DNA of 64,000 nt from a bacterium. GTDB taxonomy: Bacteria > Joyebacterota > Joyebacteria > Joyebacterales > Joyebacteraceae. Positions 47,256 to 57,383 of the stretch are shown piece by piece. Position 1 is the first letter of the stretch, and every line of letters begins with the position of its first letter. The stretch covers positions 5,109 through 69,108 of the forward strand of contig JAPEKQ010000004.1 in the NCBI GenBank assembly GCA_029990205.1, read 5' to 3'. The translations under genes and the position numbers were made by a program. The notes under the pieces were generated by a model. That model had not been told where the DNA came from, searched no databases, and worked only from the letters and a program-made list of their open reading frames with translations.

Positions 47256-49940
47256 CTACAGCATGCCCTTCATCTTCGCCCGCAGCACCGCGTGTGCCGC
47301 CGCGAGACGGGCGACCGGGACGCGGTACGGTGAACAGCTGACATAGTCGAGACCGGCGTGATGGCAGAAGTTGATCGACTCCGGATCGCCACCGTGCTCG
47401 CCGCAGATACCGACCTTGAGCTCGTCGTTGACGCCGCGGCCCTTCTCGACCGCCATCTTGACGAGAGCGCCGACGCCGCGCTTGTCGATCGACTGGAACG
47501 GGTCCTTCCTCAGGATCCCGAGCTTCAGGTAGTCCTTGATGAAACTCCCCGCGTCGTCGCGGCTGTACCCGTACGTCATCTGCGTCAGGTCGTTCGTTCC
47601 GAACGAGAAGAAGTCGGCGTGCTCGGCGACCTCGTCGGCCACGACACACGCGCGCGGGATCTCGATCATCGTACCGATGTGGTAGTTGACCTCGACACCC
47701 TTCTTCCTCATGGTCTCCTTCACGACGCGCTCGACCAGCTCACGAAGAAGCGAGAGCTCTCTCGGCTCTCCGACGAGCGGGATCATGATGTCGGGTCGGG
47801 CGTCGATGCCACGCTTCACGAGCGCGCACGCGGCCTCGATGATGGCGCGCGCCTGCATCTCGTAGACCTCGGGATAGGTCACACCGAGACGGCAGCCCCG
47901 GTGACCAAGCATCGGGTTGGACTCGTGCAGCGCCGCCGCACGCTCGACCATCGAGTCCGGGTCCTTCCCCAGATCCCGCGCCAGCTCCCTGATCTCGGCC
48001 TCGGTCCCGGGAATGAACTCGTGGAGCGGCGGGTCGAGCAGACGGATGGTGACCGTGAGCCCGGCCATCGCCTCGAGAATGCCCTCGAAGTCATCGCGCT
48101 GGAACGGAAGCAGATGATCGAGCGCCTCACGACGCTCGGTCTCGTCGTTCGCCATGATCATCGCGCGGATGTACTGAAGACGCTCCTCGCCGAAGAACAT
48201 GTGCTCGGTCCGGCAGAGGCCGATACCGCCCGCGCCGAACTTCCGCGCGGTCTTCGCATCCTCAGGCGTGTCGGCGTTCGTCCTCACGCCGAGCTGGCGG
48301 AACTCGTCCGCCCACTCCATCAGTGTGGCGAACGCGCCCGAGAGCTCGGGCTGCTCGGTGGGGACCTTCCCGGCGATGACGTCGCCGGTCGAGCCGTTCA
48401 GCGTCAGCCAGTCGCCTTCCTTGAGCGTCGTGCCGTTGACCGTGCAGGTCTTCGCGCGGTAGTCGATCTGCAGGTCCCCCGCTCCCGCGACACAGCACTT
48501 GCCCATGCCGCGCGCGACGACGGCCGCGTGCGACGTCATGCCGCCGCGAGCCGTCAGGAATCCCTGCGACGCGTTCATGCCGTCGATGTCCTCGGGCGAC
48601 GTCTCCTCGCGAACGAGGATCGTGCGGTGCTTGTCCTCATCGGCGTCCTCGGCCCAGGCCACGGAGTCCTCCGCGGTGAAGACGATCCGACCGACCGCGG
48701 CGCCCGGTGACGCGGGCAGACCTCTCGTCAGCGCCGTGTACTCGGTCTTCGGGTCGATGCGCTCGTGAAGGAGCTGCTCGACCTGGTCGGGGTCGACGCG
48801 CATGACGGCCGTCTTCCGGTCGATGAGACCCTCCGACTCCATCTCGACGGCGATGCGGACGGCCGCCTCAGCCGTGCGCTTGCCCGTCCGGGTCTGGAGC
48901 ATCCAGAGCTTGCCTCGCTGGATGGTGAACTCGAGATCCTGCGTGTCGGTGTAGTGCTTCTCGAGCTTCTCGCGGATCGCGTCGAGGGAGGCGTAGATCT
49001 CGGGCATCATCTCCTCGAGGGACTCGCCGTCGCCTTCCTTCTTCTGGGAGAGGTTGATCGGGTGCGGCGTCCGCACACCGGCCACAACGTCCTCGCCCTG
49101 CGCGTTCGGGAGATACTCGCCGTAGAATGTCCGCTCGCCGGTCGCCGGATCACGGGTGAAGGCGACGCCGGTCGCGCTCCCCTCGCCCATGTTACCGAAG
49201 ACCATCGCCTGGACGTTCACCGCGGTGCCCCAGTCGTCGGGGATGTCGTTGAGGCGGCGGTAGCTGATCGCGCGCTGGATGTTCCACGAGCGGAACACGG
49301 CGCTGATGGCGCCCCAGAGCTGCTCGCGCGGGTCGTCCGGGAAGTCCTTCCCAGAGAGCTCCTTCACCTTGGCTTTGAACTGTCCGGCGAGGTACTTGAG
49401 ATCCTCGGCGCTCAGATCCATGTCGTGGAAGACGTCCTTCTCCTTCTTCCGAGCGTCGAGCAGACGGTGGAACTCCTCGCTCTCGAGCCCCATCACGACG
49501 TCGGCGTACATCTGAATGAGACGCCGGTAGCTGTCGTAGACGAACCGGTCGTTGCCCGTCTTCTTGATGAGACCGGCGACGGTGTCGTCAGAGAGACCGA
49601 TGTTGAGGACCGTGTCCATCATTCCCGGCATCGAGACACGCGCGCCGGAACGCACGGAGAACAGGAGCGGATCGTCCGGATCGCCGAACCCGCCGCCCAT
49701 CGCCTCCTCCACCCGTCCGATCGCCTTCGCCACTTCATCCTCAAGACCCTCCGGGTAGGACGAGTCGTTGGTGTAGTAGTGGGCGCAGACCTCAGTGGAG
49801 ATGGTGAATCCGGCCGGGACCGGGATGCCGAGATGTGTCATCTCGGCGAGGTTGGCGCCCTTGCCGCCAAGGAGGTTCTTCATCCCCCCTCGACCGTCGG
49901 CGTGGCCGCCTCCGAAGAAATAGACTCGTCTCTGTGGCAT
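47256..49940 (-). CDS. ppdK: Pyruvate, phosphate dikinase.
   Basis: 894 aa. N-terminal MPQRRVYFFGGG...MKNLLGGKGANLAEM. PEP-utilising His domain and C-terminal TIM barrel (GICGEHGGDPESI). GAAAGGAG Shine-Dalgarno sequence. Confidence 0.9.
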   Translation of the reverse strand: MPQRRVYFFGGGHADGRGGMKNLLGGKGANLAEMTHLGIPVPAGFTISTEVCAHYYTNDSSYPEGLEDEVAKAIGRVEEAMGGGFGDPDDPLLFSVRSGARVSMPGMMDTVLNIGLSDDTVAGLIKKTGNDRFVYDSYRRLIQMYADVVMGLESEEFHRLLDARKKEKDVFHDMDLSAEDLKYLAGQFKAKVKELSGKDFPDDPREQLWGAISAVFRSWNIQRAISYRRLNDIPDDWGTAVNVQAMVFGNMGEGSATGVAFTRDPATGERTFYGEYLPNAQGEDVVAGVRTPHPINLSQKKEGDGESLEEMMPEIYASLDAIREKLEKHYTDTQDLEFTIQRGKLWMLQTRTGKRTAEAAVRIAVEMESEGLIDRKTAVMRVDPDQVEQLLHERIDPKTEYTALTRGLPASPGAAVGRIVFTAEDSVAWAEDADEDKHRTILVREETSPEDIDGMNASQGFLTARGGMTSHAAVVARGMGKCCVAGAGDLQIDYRAKTCTVNGTTLKEGDWLTLNGSTGDVIAGKVPTEQPELSGAFATLMEWADEFRQLGVRTNADTPEDAKTARKFGAGGIGLCRTEHMFFGEERLQYIRAMIMANDETERREALDHLLPFQRDDFEGILEAMAGLTVTIRLLDPPLHEFIPGTEAEIRELARDLGKDPDSMVERAAALHESNPMLGHRGCRLGVTYPEVYEMQARAIIEAACALVKRGIDARPDIMIPLVGEPRELSLLRELVERVVKETMRKKGVEVNYHIGTMIEIPRACVVADEVAEHADFFSFGTNDLTQMTYGYSRDDAGSFIKDYLKLGILRKDPFQSIDKRGVGALVKMAVEKGRGVNDELKVGICGEHGGDPESINFCHHAGLDYVSCSPYRVPVARLAAAHAVLRAKMKGML

Positions 49941-50138
49941 GTGTGCTCCTTTCGGGGATCATCTCTCGAAGTTTGTTCGGTTTCCGTACATTCTAACCGG
50001 AACCCTTCCGGATTCCGACTGTTTTCGTTCCAGCTGTTCAGAATAGCACTGCTGAGGGGGTCTGGCAAACGTCATCGCGGATTGGCGCAGCATTCGCTGA
50101 GGGCGGGACCCAGGGCGTTCCTGACCGCTAGTCGGTCA

Positions 50139-51455
50139 TCAGTCACCTCGCTCCTCTGCGGCGATCTCTTCCTCAACCGGGATCTCTCGCTCAACGGGCT
50201 TCTGCGGGGGCTCTTGCACATCACGGGGCGGGACGAAGCGGCGTTTCCCCTGGTCGCGGTCGTTCCGCTCGAGCCGGCGGTAGAGCGCCTCTCGTCGAAT
50301 CTGCTCAACGATCATGTCACGCAGCCCCGGCTCCTCACCGTCCTTCTCGTCCCCGACCGAGTCCTTGGCCCCGATCAGATAGAAGAACTCGTCGCGGATG
50401 CCGCGCTCGGTCGTGCGGAGGTTCTTGCGTCGCTGATTGAGCAGAATGCGACCGACGATCGCGAGCGCCACGTAGCTCGCCAGCACGTAGATCAGACCGT
50501 GCGACGTGACGAGCGCGAGCATCTGGCCGCCGAAGAAGACGGTCGCCGCCCAGAGCACGAGGACCGCGTGGCGCGGGCTCAGCCCGAATCGAATGAGGCG
50601 ATGATGGACGTGCGAGCGGTCCGCCACCATGACGTGCTGCCCCTTCCGCCACCGACGGACCATCGATGTTGAGACATCGAACGCGGGAACCGTCATGCAC
50701 GCCGCGGCAACGAGGAGCGTCGTACTCGCGGCATCCTGCTTCGCGCCGATGATCGCGCCGCCGGCGAGCAGGAACCCGAGCGTCATGCTTCCCGCGTCAC
50801 CGAGGTAGACGGTCCCTCGGCCGTAGTTGTGCACGAGGAACCCGGTCGTCGCGCCGAAGAGACCCGCTCCCATCAGGAACAGGATCGGGTTCGGGTCGAG
50901 CATACTGACCGCGAAGAGCCCGCCGGCCGTGATCGCCGCGATACCGCCGGCAAGACCGTCGAGACCGTCGATTATATTGAGAGCGTTCATGAACGCGAGG
51001 AACCAGAGAACCGTAAGAGGATAGCCGAACCACCCGAGGTCGATGGTCGGACCGAGCACGAAGCGCATGTGGTCGATCCCGACGCCCGCGGCGACCATGG
51101 CGACCGCGATCGCCGTCTGCGAGACGAGCTTGACCAGGGGCTTGAGGTTCATCCGATCGTCCGCCATCCCGAGGATGACGACGGCCGTGGCGCCGAGCAG
51201 CAGCGCGCGAAGCTTCGCCCCGAACTCCGGCGGCGCGCCCGCGCAGAACCGGACGGCGACCACCATCGAGACCGCGATGGCGAGGAAGACGACGATGCCG
51301 CCGGTCGTCGGAACCGCGCGCGCCCGGACCCGCCTCGAACTCGGCAGGTCGGCGAGACCGAGCTTGAGCCCGACCTTCGCCCCCGGCGGCGTGAGCAGCC
51401 ATGCCAGACCGCCGGCTACGATCGTCGTCAGAAGTGCGCATACTGCGGTTGTCAC
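50139..51455 (-). CDS. Polyprenyl-phosphate N-acetylhexosamine-1-phosphate transferase (WecA/WbpL family, MraY-like) with a charged C-terminal extension of about 110 aa.
   Basis: Motifs GMADDRMNLKP, NIIDGLDGLAGG, VHHRL and 10-11 TM helices. Start set at the GTG at 51455 (AAGGAG 9 nt upstream); ATG 51491 is an alternative. Tail RREALYRRLERNDRDQGKRRF...EEEIAAEERGD. Confidence 0.75.
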   Translation of the reverse strand: MTTAVCALLTTIVAGGLAWLLTPPGAKVGLKLGLADLPSSRRVRARAVPTTGGIVVFLAIAVSMVVAVRFCAGAPPEFGAKLRALLLGATAVVILGMADDRMNLKPLVKLVSQTAIAVAMVAAGVGIDHMRFVLGPTIDLGWFGYPLTVLWFLAFMNALNIIDGLDGLAGGIAAITAGGLFAVSMLDPNPILFLMGAGLFGATTGFLVHNYGRGTVYLGDAGSMTLGFLLAGGAIIGAKQDAASTTLLVAAACMTVPAFDVSTSMVRRWRKGQHVMVADRSHVHHRLIRFGLSPRHAVLVLWAATVFFGGQMLALVTSHGLIYVLASYVALAIVGRILLNQRRKNLRTTERGIRDEFFYLIGAKDSVGDEKDGEEPGLRDMIVEQIRREALYRRLERNDRDQGKRRFVPPRDVQEPPQKPVEREIPVEEEIAAEERGD

Positions 51456-51477
51456 GGTCCACTGCTCCTTCGCATTC

Positions 51478-51504
51478 AGACACCCGGCCATTGCCCGGGT
51501 GTCT
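51478..51504 (-). other. Perfect 10-bp inverted repeat AGACACCCGG-7 nt-CCGGGTGTCT at the 5' end of the transferase gene.
   Basis: The upstream candidate ATG sits in the 7-nt loop. It could be an operator, an RNA hairpin or the terminator of the upstream gene. Confidence 0.4.
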
Positions 51505-51620
51505 CGCACGGGCCGAGCGCGGTCCGAATCACCCGCGACAGGCCCTCATGCCCCACATATGTAAGATAGCACGCAGCATGGGCGTGTAAAGACGGAAGGC
51601 AGCCAGGGGCTGGTCGATGG

Positions 51621-52631
51621 TCAGTATTCGGAGGGATGCAGCCCGCGATTCGCGATCCAGAAGCCCAGCCGCCCCCACCAGGCGCGCCGGCTGGAGCCTG
51701 CGTGCGCCGCGTAGGAGCGCCAGCGCGCGGCGGTCGTCGCGACCAGCTCGTTCCCGGTCTGACCGGCGAGCCGCTCCAGCTGGAGCACGTGCTCGCCGTG
51801 CCTGAGGGGTGATGCGAGGGGGATCCCGTGCCACCGCTCGTCGAGATCGAACCGGCTCCAGTACCCGGTGTCGTACGACTCGAGAACGTGCGCGAGTCCC
51901 AACTCCATCCTCGCGAGCGTCGCCCGGACACCCTCGTCCGGCCCGTCGCGGTCGGGAAGCGCCGAATCGCGGAGCGCGGTCATGGCCCTCAGCTGCGCCC
52001 CGAGCACGAGCGACGGGCGGTTCTCCATCGGGAACTGCTCGATGAAGAGCGCGCTCTCGAGTCCGCCCTCCGCCCCTCCCTCGCCGAGCTCGCGCGCCAG
52101 TCCCCCCTCGTCGATCGGAGTCCACAACCCTCCGATCGCCCGGCGGACGGTCTCGTCTGCGCCGTCGACGCCGAGAAGCGTCGACGCTCTGGAGAGAAGC
52201 GAGATGCACTCGGCGTGAGCCTCGCCGGAGAACCAGTGTTCCGGCAGGTCGTGCGCGTACGCCCTCGGGACCGCCGGCATCGGCCAGCCGAGGAACCCGC
52301 ACGGGATCGCCTCGTTGTTCTCGATAAGCCAACGCGCGACGGTCTCGACCGCCGCGCGTCGCGCTGGATTGCCTGTTCGGAGATAGAGTTCGAGACTTCC
52401 GAGCCCGTACTTCGCGAGAACCGCCGGTGAGTGACGCGGGCCGCCGGGCGTTGTCGTCAGCGGGAGTCCGCGAACATCATCGGGACCGATGGCGTCGACG
52501 AGGTCCGAGTAGTCGAGAACGTATCCGCGCAGAGACGCTTCGTCCACGTGGCGGCCGCTGCGCGCCGGACTGTGTTCGCTACGCCGCGACAAACTCGAGC
52601 ACCGACGACGCGACGTAGTCCTTCTCTTCAT
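51621..52631 (-). CDS. Hypothetical protein in the polysaccharide cluster (possibly D-glucuronyl C5-epimerase-like).
   Basis: About 310-336 aa. No secretion signal. Weak resemblance to (alpha/alpha)-barrel modifying enzymes. Start uncertain because it overlaps the upstream gene by 52 nt. Confidence 0.4.
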   Translation of the reverse strand: MKRRTTSRRRCSSLSRRSEHSPARSGRHVDEASLRGYVLDYSDLVDAIGPDDVRGLPLTTTPGGPRHSPAVLAKYGLGSLELYLRTGNPARRAAVETVARWLIENNEAIPCGFLGWPMPAVPRAYAHDLPEHWFSGEAHAECISLLSRASTLLGVDGADETVRRAIGGLWTPIDEGGLARELGEGGAEGGLESALFIEQFPMENRPSLVLGAQLRAMTALRDSALPDRDGPDEGVRATLARMELGLAHVLESYDTGYWSRFDLDERWHGIPLASPLRHGEHVLQLERLAGQTGNELVATTAARWRSYAAHAGSSRRAWWGRLGFWIANRGLHPSEY

Positions 52632-53682
52632 CCGTCAGCAGCGAGAAGATCGGGATCGACAGCGTCTCTCGTGACGCGCGCTCCGACACCGGGCAGTCGC
52701 CCTCGCTGTATCCGAGGTCCTTGAAACACTCCTGAAGATGGAGCGGCTTCGGGTAGTAGAGCGCGCACCCGATGCCCTTCTCCTTGAGGTGCTCGCGCAG
52801 CGCGTCGCGGGCGGAAACACTGATCATGTACTGGTTGTAGATGTGGCGACATTCCGCCATCCGATGCGGGGAACCGATCGTCGTCCCTTCGAACCGGCCG
52901 GAGTAGTAGTCGGCGTTGGCGGAACGGCCGTTGCTCCAGTCGTCGAGGTGGCGCAGCTTGACCATCAGCACGGCGGCCTGGATCGCGTCGAGCCGGCTGT
53001 TCATCCCAATCGTCCAGTGGTGGTACATCTCGGTCTGCCCGTGCTCTCTCAGACTGATCAGCAGATCGGCGATCTCGTCGCTCTGCGTCGTGATCATCCC
53101 ACCGTCGCCGTAACCGCCGAGGTTCTTGCTCGGGAAGAAGCTGAAGCAGCCGATGTCGCCGAGCGAACCGGCGCGGCGTCCCTTGTACTCGGAGCCGATC
53201 GCCTGCGCGGCGTCCTCGATCACGATGAGGCCGTGCTTCTTCGCGATCTCATTGATCGGGTCCATGTCGGCGCACTGTCCGTAGAGATGGACGGGCATGA
53301 TCGCCTTGGTGCGATCGGTGATGGCCGCTTCGATCTTGCCGGGGTCGAGATTGTAGGTCGCGGGATCGATGTCGACGAAGACGGGCTTCGCCCCGCTTCG
53401 GGAGATCGAACCACCGGTCGCGAAGAACGTGTACGGCGTCGTGATGACCTCGCTGCCCTCGCCCACCCCGTGCGCCATGAGGGCCAGAAGCAGCGCGTCG
53501 GTGCCGGACGCCACGCCGACCGCCCGCTTCGTCCCGCTGTACTCGGCAACCTGCTCCTCGAACTTGGCGACGTTCGGACCGAGCTTGAAGTACTGCGTCT
53601 CGACGACCTCCGCGATCGCGGCGTCGACCTCGCTCTTGATGGTCTGATACTGCCGTTTGAGGTCCAGAAGCGGTACCTGCAT
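52579..53682 (-). CDS. DegT/DnrJ/EryC1/StrS-family PLP-dependent sugar aminotransferase.
   Basis: Start at the ATG at 53682 (MQVPLLDLKRQYQ...) with an AAAGGAA Shine-Dalgarno sequence. Lys-containing motif FSFFPSKNLGGYGDGG. Confidence 0.85.
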   Translation of the reverse strand: MQVPLLDLKRQYQTIKSEVDAAIAEVVETQYFKLGPNVAKFEEQVAEYSGTKRAVGVASGTDALLLALMAHGVGEGSEVITTPYTFFATGGSISRSGAKPVFVDIDPATYNLDPGKIEAAITDRTKAIMPVHLYGQCADMDPINEIAKKHGLIVIEDAAQAIGSEYKGRRAGSLGDIGCFSFFPSKNLGGYGDGGMITTQSDEIADLLISLREHGQTEMYHHWTIGMNSRLDAIQAAVLMVKLRHLDDWSNGRSANADYYSGRFEGTTIGSPHRMAECRHIYNQYMISVSARDALREHLKEKGIGCALYYPKPLHLQECFKDLGYSEGDCPVSERASRETLSIPIFSLLTDEEKDYVASSVLEFVAA

Positions 53683-53875
53683 GATGATGTTCCTTTCGAT
53701 GAAGCTGTGCCCACGAAGCCACGCTGTGGAGTCGTTCTCATGAATGAAGTGCTGCAAGTGTTCTACCAGCTTGAAGGCCGTCAGGCAACATTCAACGTCG
53801 CCCGTCGCGCCGGAACGCGCGCGGCAGAGCATCGTCTGGCGTGACGGGTCGTGCGGTCCTGCGCGCGGCAGCGCG

Positions 53876-53904
53876 TTGACAGCGGCGGCACGAGAACATA
53901 GGCT
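53876..53904 (+). promoter_or_regulatory. Candidate promoter TTGACA-17-TAGGCT for the plus-strand fused glycosyltransferase gene.
   Basis: Perfect -35 box. The -10 box matches TAnnnT. It lies 54 nt upstream of the ATG at 53958, in the only divergent intergenic region of the window. Confidence 0.45.
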
Positions 53905-53957
53905 GTGCTCAGGCACGGTAAGGGCGCTGTGTCGCGATACGCTCGACGGGGCAACTG

Positions 53958-56276
53958 ATGGACACTCAGCAAGACACGACGCGCGGGGCCGGGCGGAGGA
54001 TCATCCTCGCGTCCAACACCTCCTGGTACCTCGACAACTTCCGCGGCGAGATGATGCGGCGGCTGGTCGACCAAGGCTGGGAAGTCCACGCGACCGCGCC
54101 CGACGATGAGTACCGGGAGGCGCTCGAGAAGCTCGGCGCTCACTTCGTGCTGTGGCCGCTGAGCCGGCGCTCCCTGTCTCCGGTCGCCAACGCCGTCGCC
54201 TTCCTCCGGGTCCTGCAGCTCTACCGGAGACTGCGGCCCGATGTCGTCCACCACTTCACGATCAAACCCGTCATCCTCGGGGGCATCGCCGCGCGGCTCA
54301 CGGGCGTCCCCGCCATCATCCAGTCGGTCACCGGTCTGGGACACGCGTTCTCGGGACCCGCGCCGCTCCGCGTGATCGCGCTGACGCTCTACCGTCTCGC
54401 GCTTGGCGGCCGCGCGGTCACGATCTTCCAGAACGCCGACGACATGCAGACGATACTCGAAGCCGGGGTCACGGTCCGGCGACGGTGCCGCCTCATCCGC
54501 GGCTCCGGCATCGACACGGAGCGCTTCGGCAGCATCCCGGCGCCGACGACCGACCGGCCGGTGACCTTCCTGATGGCCTGCAGGATGCTGTGGGCGAAGG
54601 GGGTCCGGGAGTTGGTCGAGGCCGCAGCACTGGTCCGAGAACGAGAACCGGACACGAGATTCCTCCTCGTCGGTGACTCCGACGAGGGCTCGCCCGACGC
54701 CATCCCCCGCGGGTGGCTCGAGTCGCTCTCCGGATCATCTCCGGTGGAGTGGCGACCGTTCGTGAAGGAGATCGAACCGACGCTCGCCGAGGCTCACGTC
54801 GTCGTCCTCCCGTCGCATCGCGAGGGACTCTCGCGTTCGCTCCTCGAAGGGTCAGCGGCGGGAAGACCACTGATCGCGACGGACGCTCCCGGCTGCCGCG
54901 AGATCGCCGTCGACGGGGTGACCGGGCGGACGGTCCCGGTCGGTGACACCGAGGCACTCGCGGACGCAATGGTCGCGTTCGCCGCGGACTACGAGACCGC
55001 GCGTGCCATGGGATCACGCGGACGAGAACTCGTCGCAAGCGAGTTCTCTCTGGACCGCGTCATCGACGAGACGGTGGCGACGTATGAGGAGGCGCTCTCC
55101 GGTGGCGCGACGGACGGAACCGCGCTCCGCATCATGCACATCATCACCGGGCTCGGGACCGGCGGCGCCGAGCAGATGCTCACCCGGCTGCTCGAGTACG
55201 GGCACCGTGACCGGTTCCAGCCGGTCGTCGTCTCGCTTCGCGACGAGGGCGACCTCGGCGCGAGGATCCGCGCGCTCGGTGTTCCGCTCTACGAACTTGG
55301 CATGACGCCGGGGCGGCCAAGCCTGACCGCGCTGCTCCGCCTCCGCGGGATCATCCGTCGCGAGGCGCCCGATGCCATCCAGACCTGGATGTACCACGCC
55401 GACCTCATGGGCGGAATCGCGGCGAAACTCGCCGGCGGCGTCCCCCTCGCCTGGGGAATCCGGCACTCGACGTTCGACACCGCACTGACGAAGCCGGGAT
55501 CGCTCCGCGTCGTCCGGCTCTGCGCGCGCCTCTCCCGCGTTCTCCCAAGCGCGATCATGACGAACTCGGAGGTGGCGAAGTCGACGCACGGCGAGATCGG
55601 GTACGACATCGGGATGATCCGTGTCATCCCGAATGGCTTCGATCTCTCACTCTACCGCCCGGATGCGGATGCTCACCGATGGCTCCGCTCCGAACTCGGC
55701 ATCCCGGAGGATGCGATCGTCATCACGTCCGCCGGTCGCTCGCACCCCATGAAGGACCACGCGGGGATGCTCGCGGCAGCGGCTCTCCTGCAGTCAGAGC
55801 GGCGCGACGGAGCTCCGATCCACTTCGTGCTCTGCGGGACCGGTGTGACGCCGGAGAACGATGTACTGGGGAGCGCGGCGGCCTCGAAGCCTCTCGCCGG
55901 ATGCGTCCATCTGCTCGGCAGACGCGACGACCTGAACCGAATCTACGCCGGGAGCGACATCTTCACGTCGCCGTCCGCGTTCGGTGAAGCTTTCCCGCAG
56001 GTCATCGGCGAGGCGATGTCATGCGGGACGCCGTGCGTCGTCACTGATGTCGGGGACTCCGCGATCATTGTGGGCGATACGGGGCTCGTCGTTCAGCCGA
56101 GAGATCCGGCGGCGCTGGCGGGCGCGTGGGGACGACTGGTCGACCTCGGCCGCGAGGGCAGGTTGGAGCTGGGCGCCCGGGCGCGGGAGCGCGTCCGGGA
56201 ACACTTCGAGATCAGTCACATCGTCGAGAGCTTCGAAGAGTTTCACGCGGCTCTTGCGGCAAGGACCCGGCGGTAG
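53958..56276 (+). CDS. Fused tandem GT4-GT4 glycosyltransferase: two complete GT-B modules in one 772-aa protein.
   Basis: Each half has its own N-terminal Rossmann-like domain and a C-terminal GT4 EX7E-type region (...PSHREGLSRSLLEGSAAGRPLIATDAPG...; ...SAFGEAFPQVIGEAMSCGTPCVVTDVGD...). Confidence 0.8.
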   Translation: MDTQQDTTRGAGRRIILASNTSWYLDNFRGEMMRRLVDQGWEVHATAPDDEYREALEKLGAHFVLWPLSRRSLSPVANAVAFLRVLQLYRRLRPDVVHHFTIKPVILGGIAARLTGVPAIIQSVTGLGHAFSGPAPLRVIALTLYRLALGGRAVTIFQNADDMQTILEAGVTVRRRCRLIRGSGIDTERFGSIPAPTTDRPVTFLMACRMLWAKGVRELVEAAALVREREPDTRFLLVGDSDEGSPDAIPRGWLESLSGSSPVEWRPFVKEIEPTLAEAHVVVLPSHREGLSRSLLEGSAAGRPLIATDAPGCREIAVDGVTGRTVPVGDTEALADAMVAFAADYETARAMGSRGRELVASEFSLDRVIDETVATYEEALSGGATDGTALRIMHIITGLGTGGAEQMLTRLLEYGHRDRFQPVVVSLRDEGDLGARIRALGVPLYELGMTPGRPSLTALLRLRGIIRREAPDAIQTWMYHADLMGGIAAKLAGGVPLAWGIRHSTFDTALTKPGSLRVVRLCARLSRVLPSAIMTNSEVAKSTHGEIGYDIGMIRVIPNGFDLSLYRPDADAHRWLRSELGIPEDAIVITSAGRSHPMKDHAGMLAAAALLQSERRDGAPIHFVLCGTGVTPENDVLGSAAASKPLAGCVHLLGRRDDLNRIYAGSDIFTSPSAFGEAFPQVIGEAMSCGTPCVVTDVGDSAIIVGDTGLVVQPRDPAALAGAWGRLVDLGREGRLELGARARERVREHFEISHIVESFEEFHAALAARTRR

Positions 56277-57382
56277 ACCGCGAGGGTCCGCTCGAACAAC
56301 GCATCGGACGAGTACTCCGCCTGAACGAGAGCACGCCCGCGAGCGCCCATTGCCGCCCGAGCGTCTTCATCCATCCCAGCGAACGCCTCCATCCGACCGG
56401 CGAAGAGAGCGGGATCACCGGGCTCCGCCAGAAGCCCGGTCTCGCCGTGCTTCACGAGCGCGCGAACATCACCGACCCCCGTCGCGATGACGGGACGCCC
56501 GAGCGAGAGCGCTTCGAGGACAGCATTGGGGAACCCCTCCCAGGCAGAGGTCAGCAGAGCGGCGTCGGCCGCGAGATACAGCGGGCGCACGTCGCGGACA
56601 GGATCAAGGAAGCGGATCGTCTCCCCCAGCCCCAGCTTCGCAGCCCGTCGTTTCACACTCTCACCGAAGGCGGCATCTCGACAGGAGCCGACCCACACGA
56701 TCGACAGACGCTGTCGGAGCTCATCGGGAAGCGCGGCGAGCGCATCGAGGAGCATGTGTGGGTCCTTCGCGTCGGCGAGTCGCGCGACGGTGACGAACAA
56801 CAGTCCGTTCTCGTCTCGCAAGTTCTCGCGACGGAACTGCGCGGCGCCCTCAAGCTCGGCGCCCGTCGGCTCCTCGACATCCACGCCGTTCGGGACGAGC
56901 GTGATCCGTCCGCGCCACGCCGGAGCCGCGTCCTCGACGTGCTCCCGGATGGCCTCCGCGTTGACGATCATCCCCGCCGCTCTACCCGCCATCAGGTTCT
57001 CGGTGATGCGGACCCACGCGGTCCTGCCGAGGCTCACGCTTCGTTCGGAGAGGACAACCGGCGGACCGCCTGCGAAGGTCGCAAGTCTCGCGAGGATGCC
57101 GGGGCGGGCAAGATAGGTATGGATGAGATCGTAGTCGTTCTCGCGGATGAGTCGGGCGATGCGTGCGAGCGTCCTCGGGTCTCGCCCGCCTCCCGCGACG
57201 AGCGGATGCACCGGGACGCCCTCCGCGATGAGCTCCGGGACGAAGTGCGTGCGGTCGCGATAGTACGCGACCTCGGGCGCGATGATCTCACGATCCGCCG
57301 CGCGGATGAGGGTCACGAGCTGGCGCTGCGCGCCTCCTGAACCGAGCCCGTCGATGATGTAGAGGATTCGCAGTGGCGGCAT
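56243..57382 (-). CDS. GT4 family glycosyltransferase.
   Basis: 379 aa. ...SAWEGFPNAVLEALSLGRPVIATGVGD... motif. Converges on the plus-strand gene with a 34-bp overlap. Confidence 0.8.
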   Translation of the reverse strand: MPPLRILYIIDGLGSGGAQRQLVTLIRAADREIIAPEVAYYRDRTHFVPELIAEGVPVHPLVAGGGRDPRTLARIARLIRENDYDLIHTYLARPGILARLATFAGGPPVVLSERSVSLGRTAWVRITENLMAGRAAGMIVNAEAIREHVEDAAPAWRGRITLVPNGVDVEEPTGAELEGAAQFRRENLRDENGLLFVTVARLADAKDPHMLLDALAALPDELRQRLSIVWVGSCRDAAFGESVKRRAAKLGLGETIRFLDPVRDVRPLYLAADAALLTSAWEGFPNAVLEALSLGRPVIATGVGDVRALVKHGETGLLAEPGDPALFAGRMEAFAGMDEDARAAMGARGRALVQAEYSSDALFERTLAVYRRVLAARAA

Positions 57383-57383
57383 C

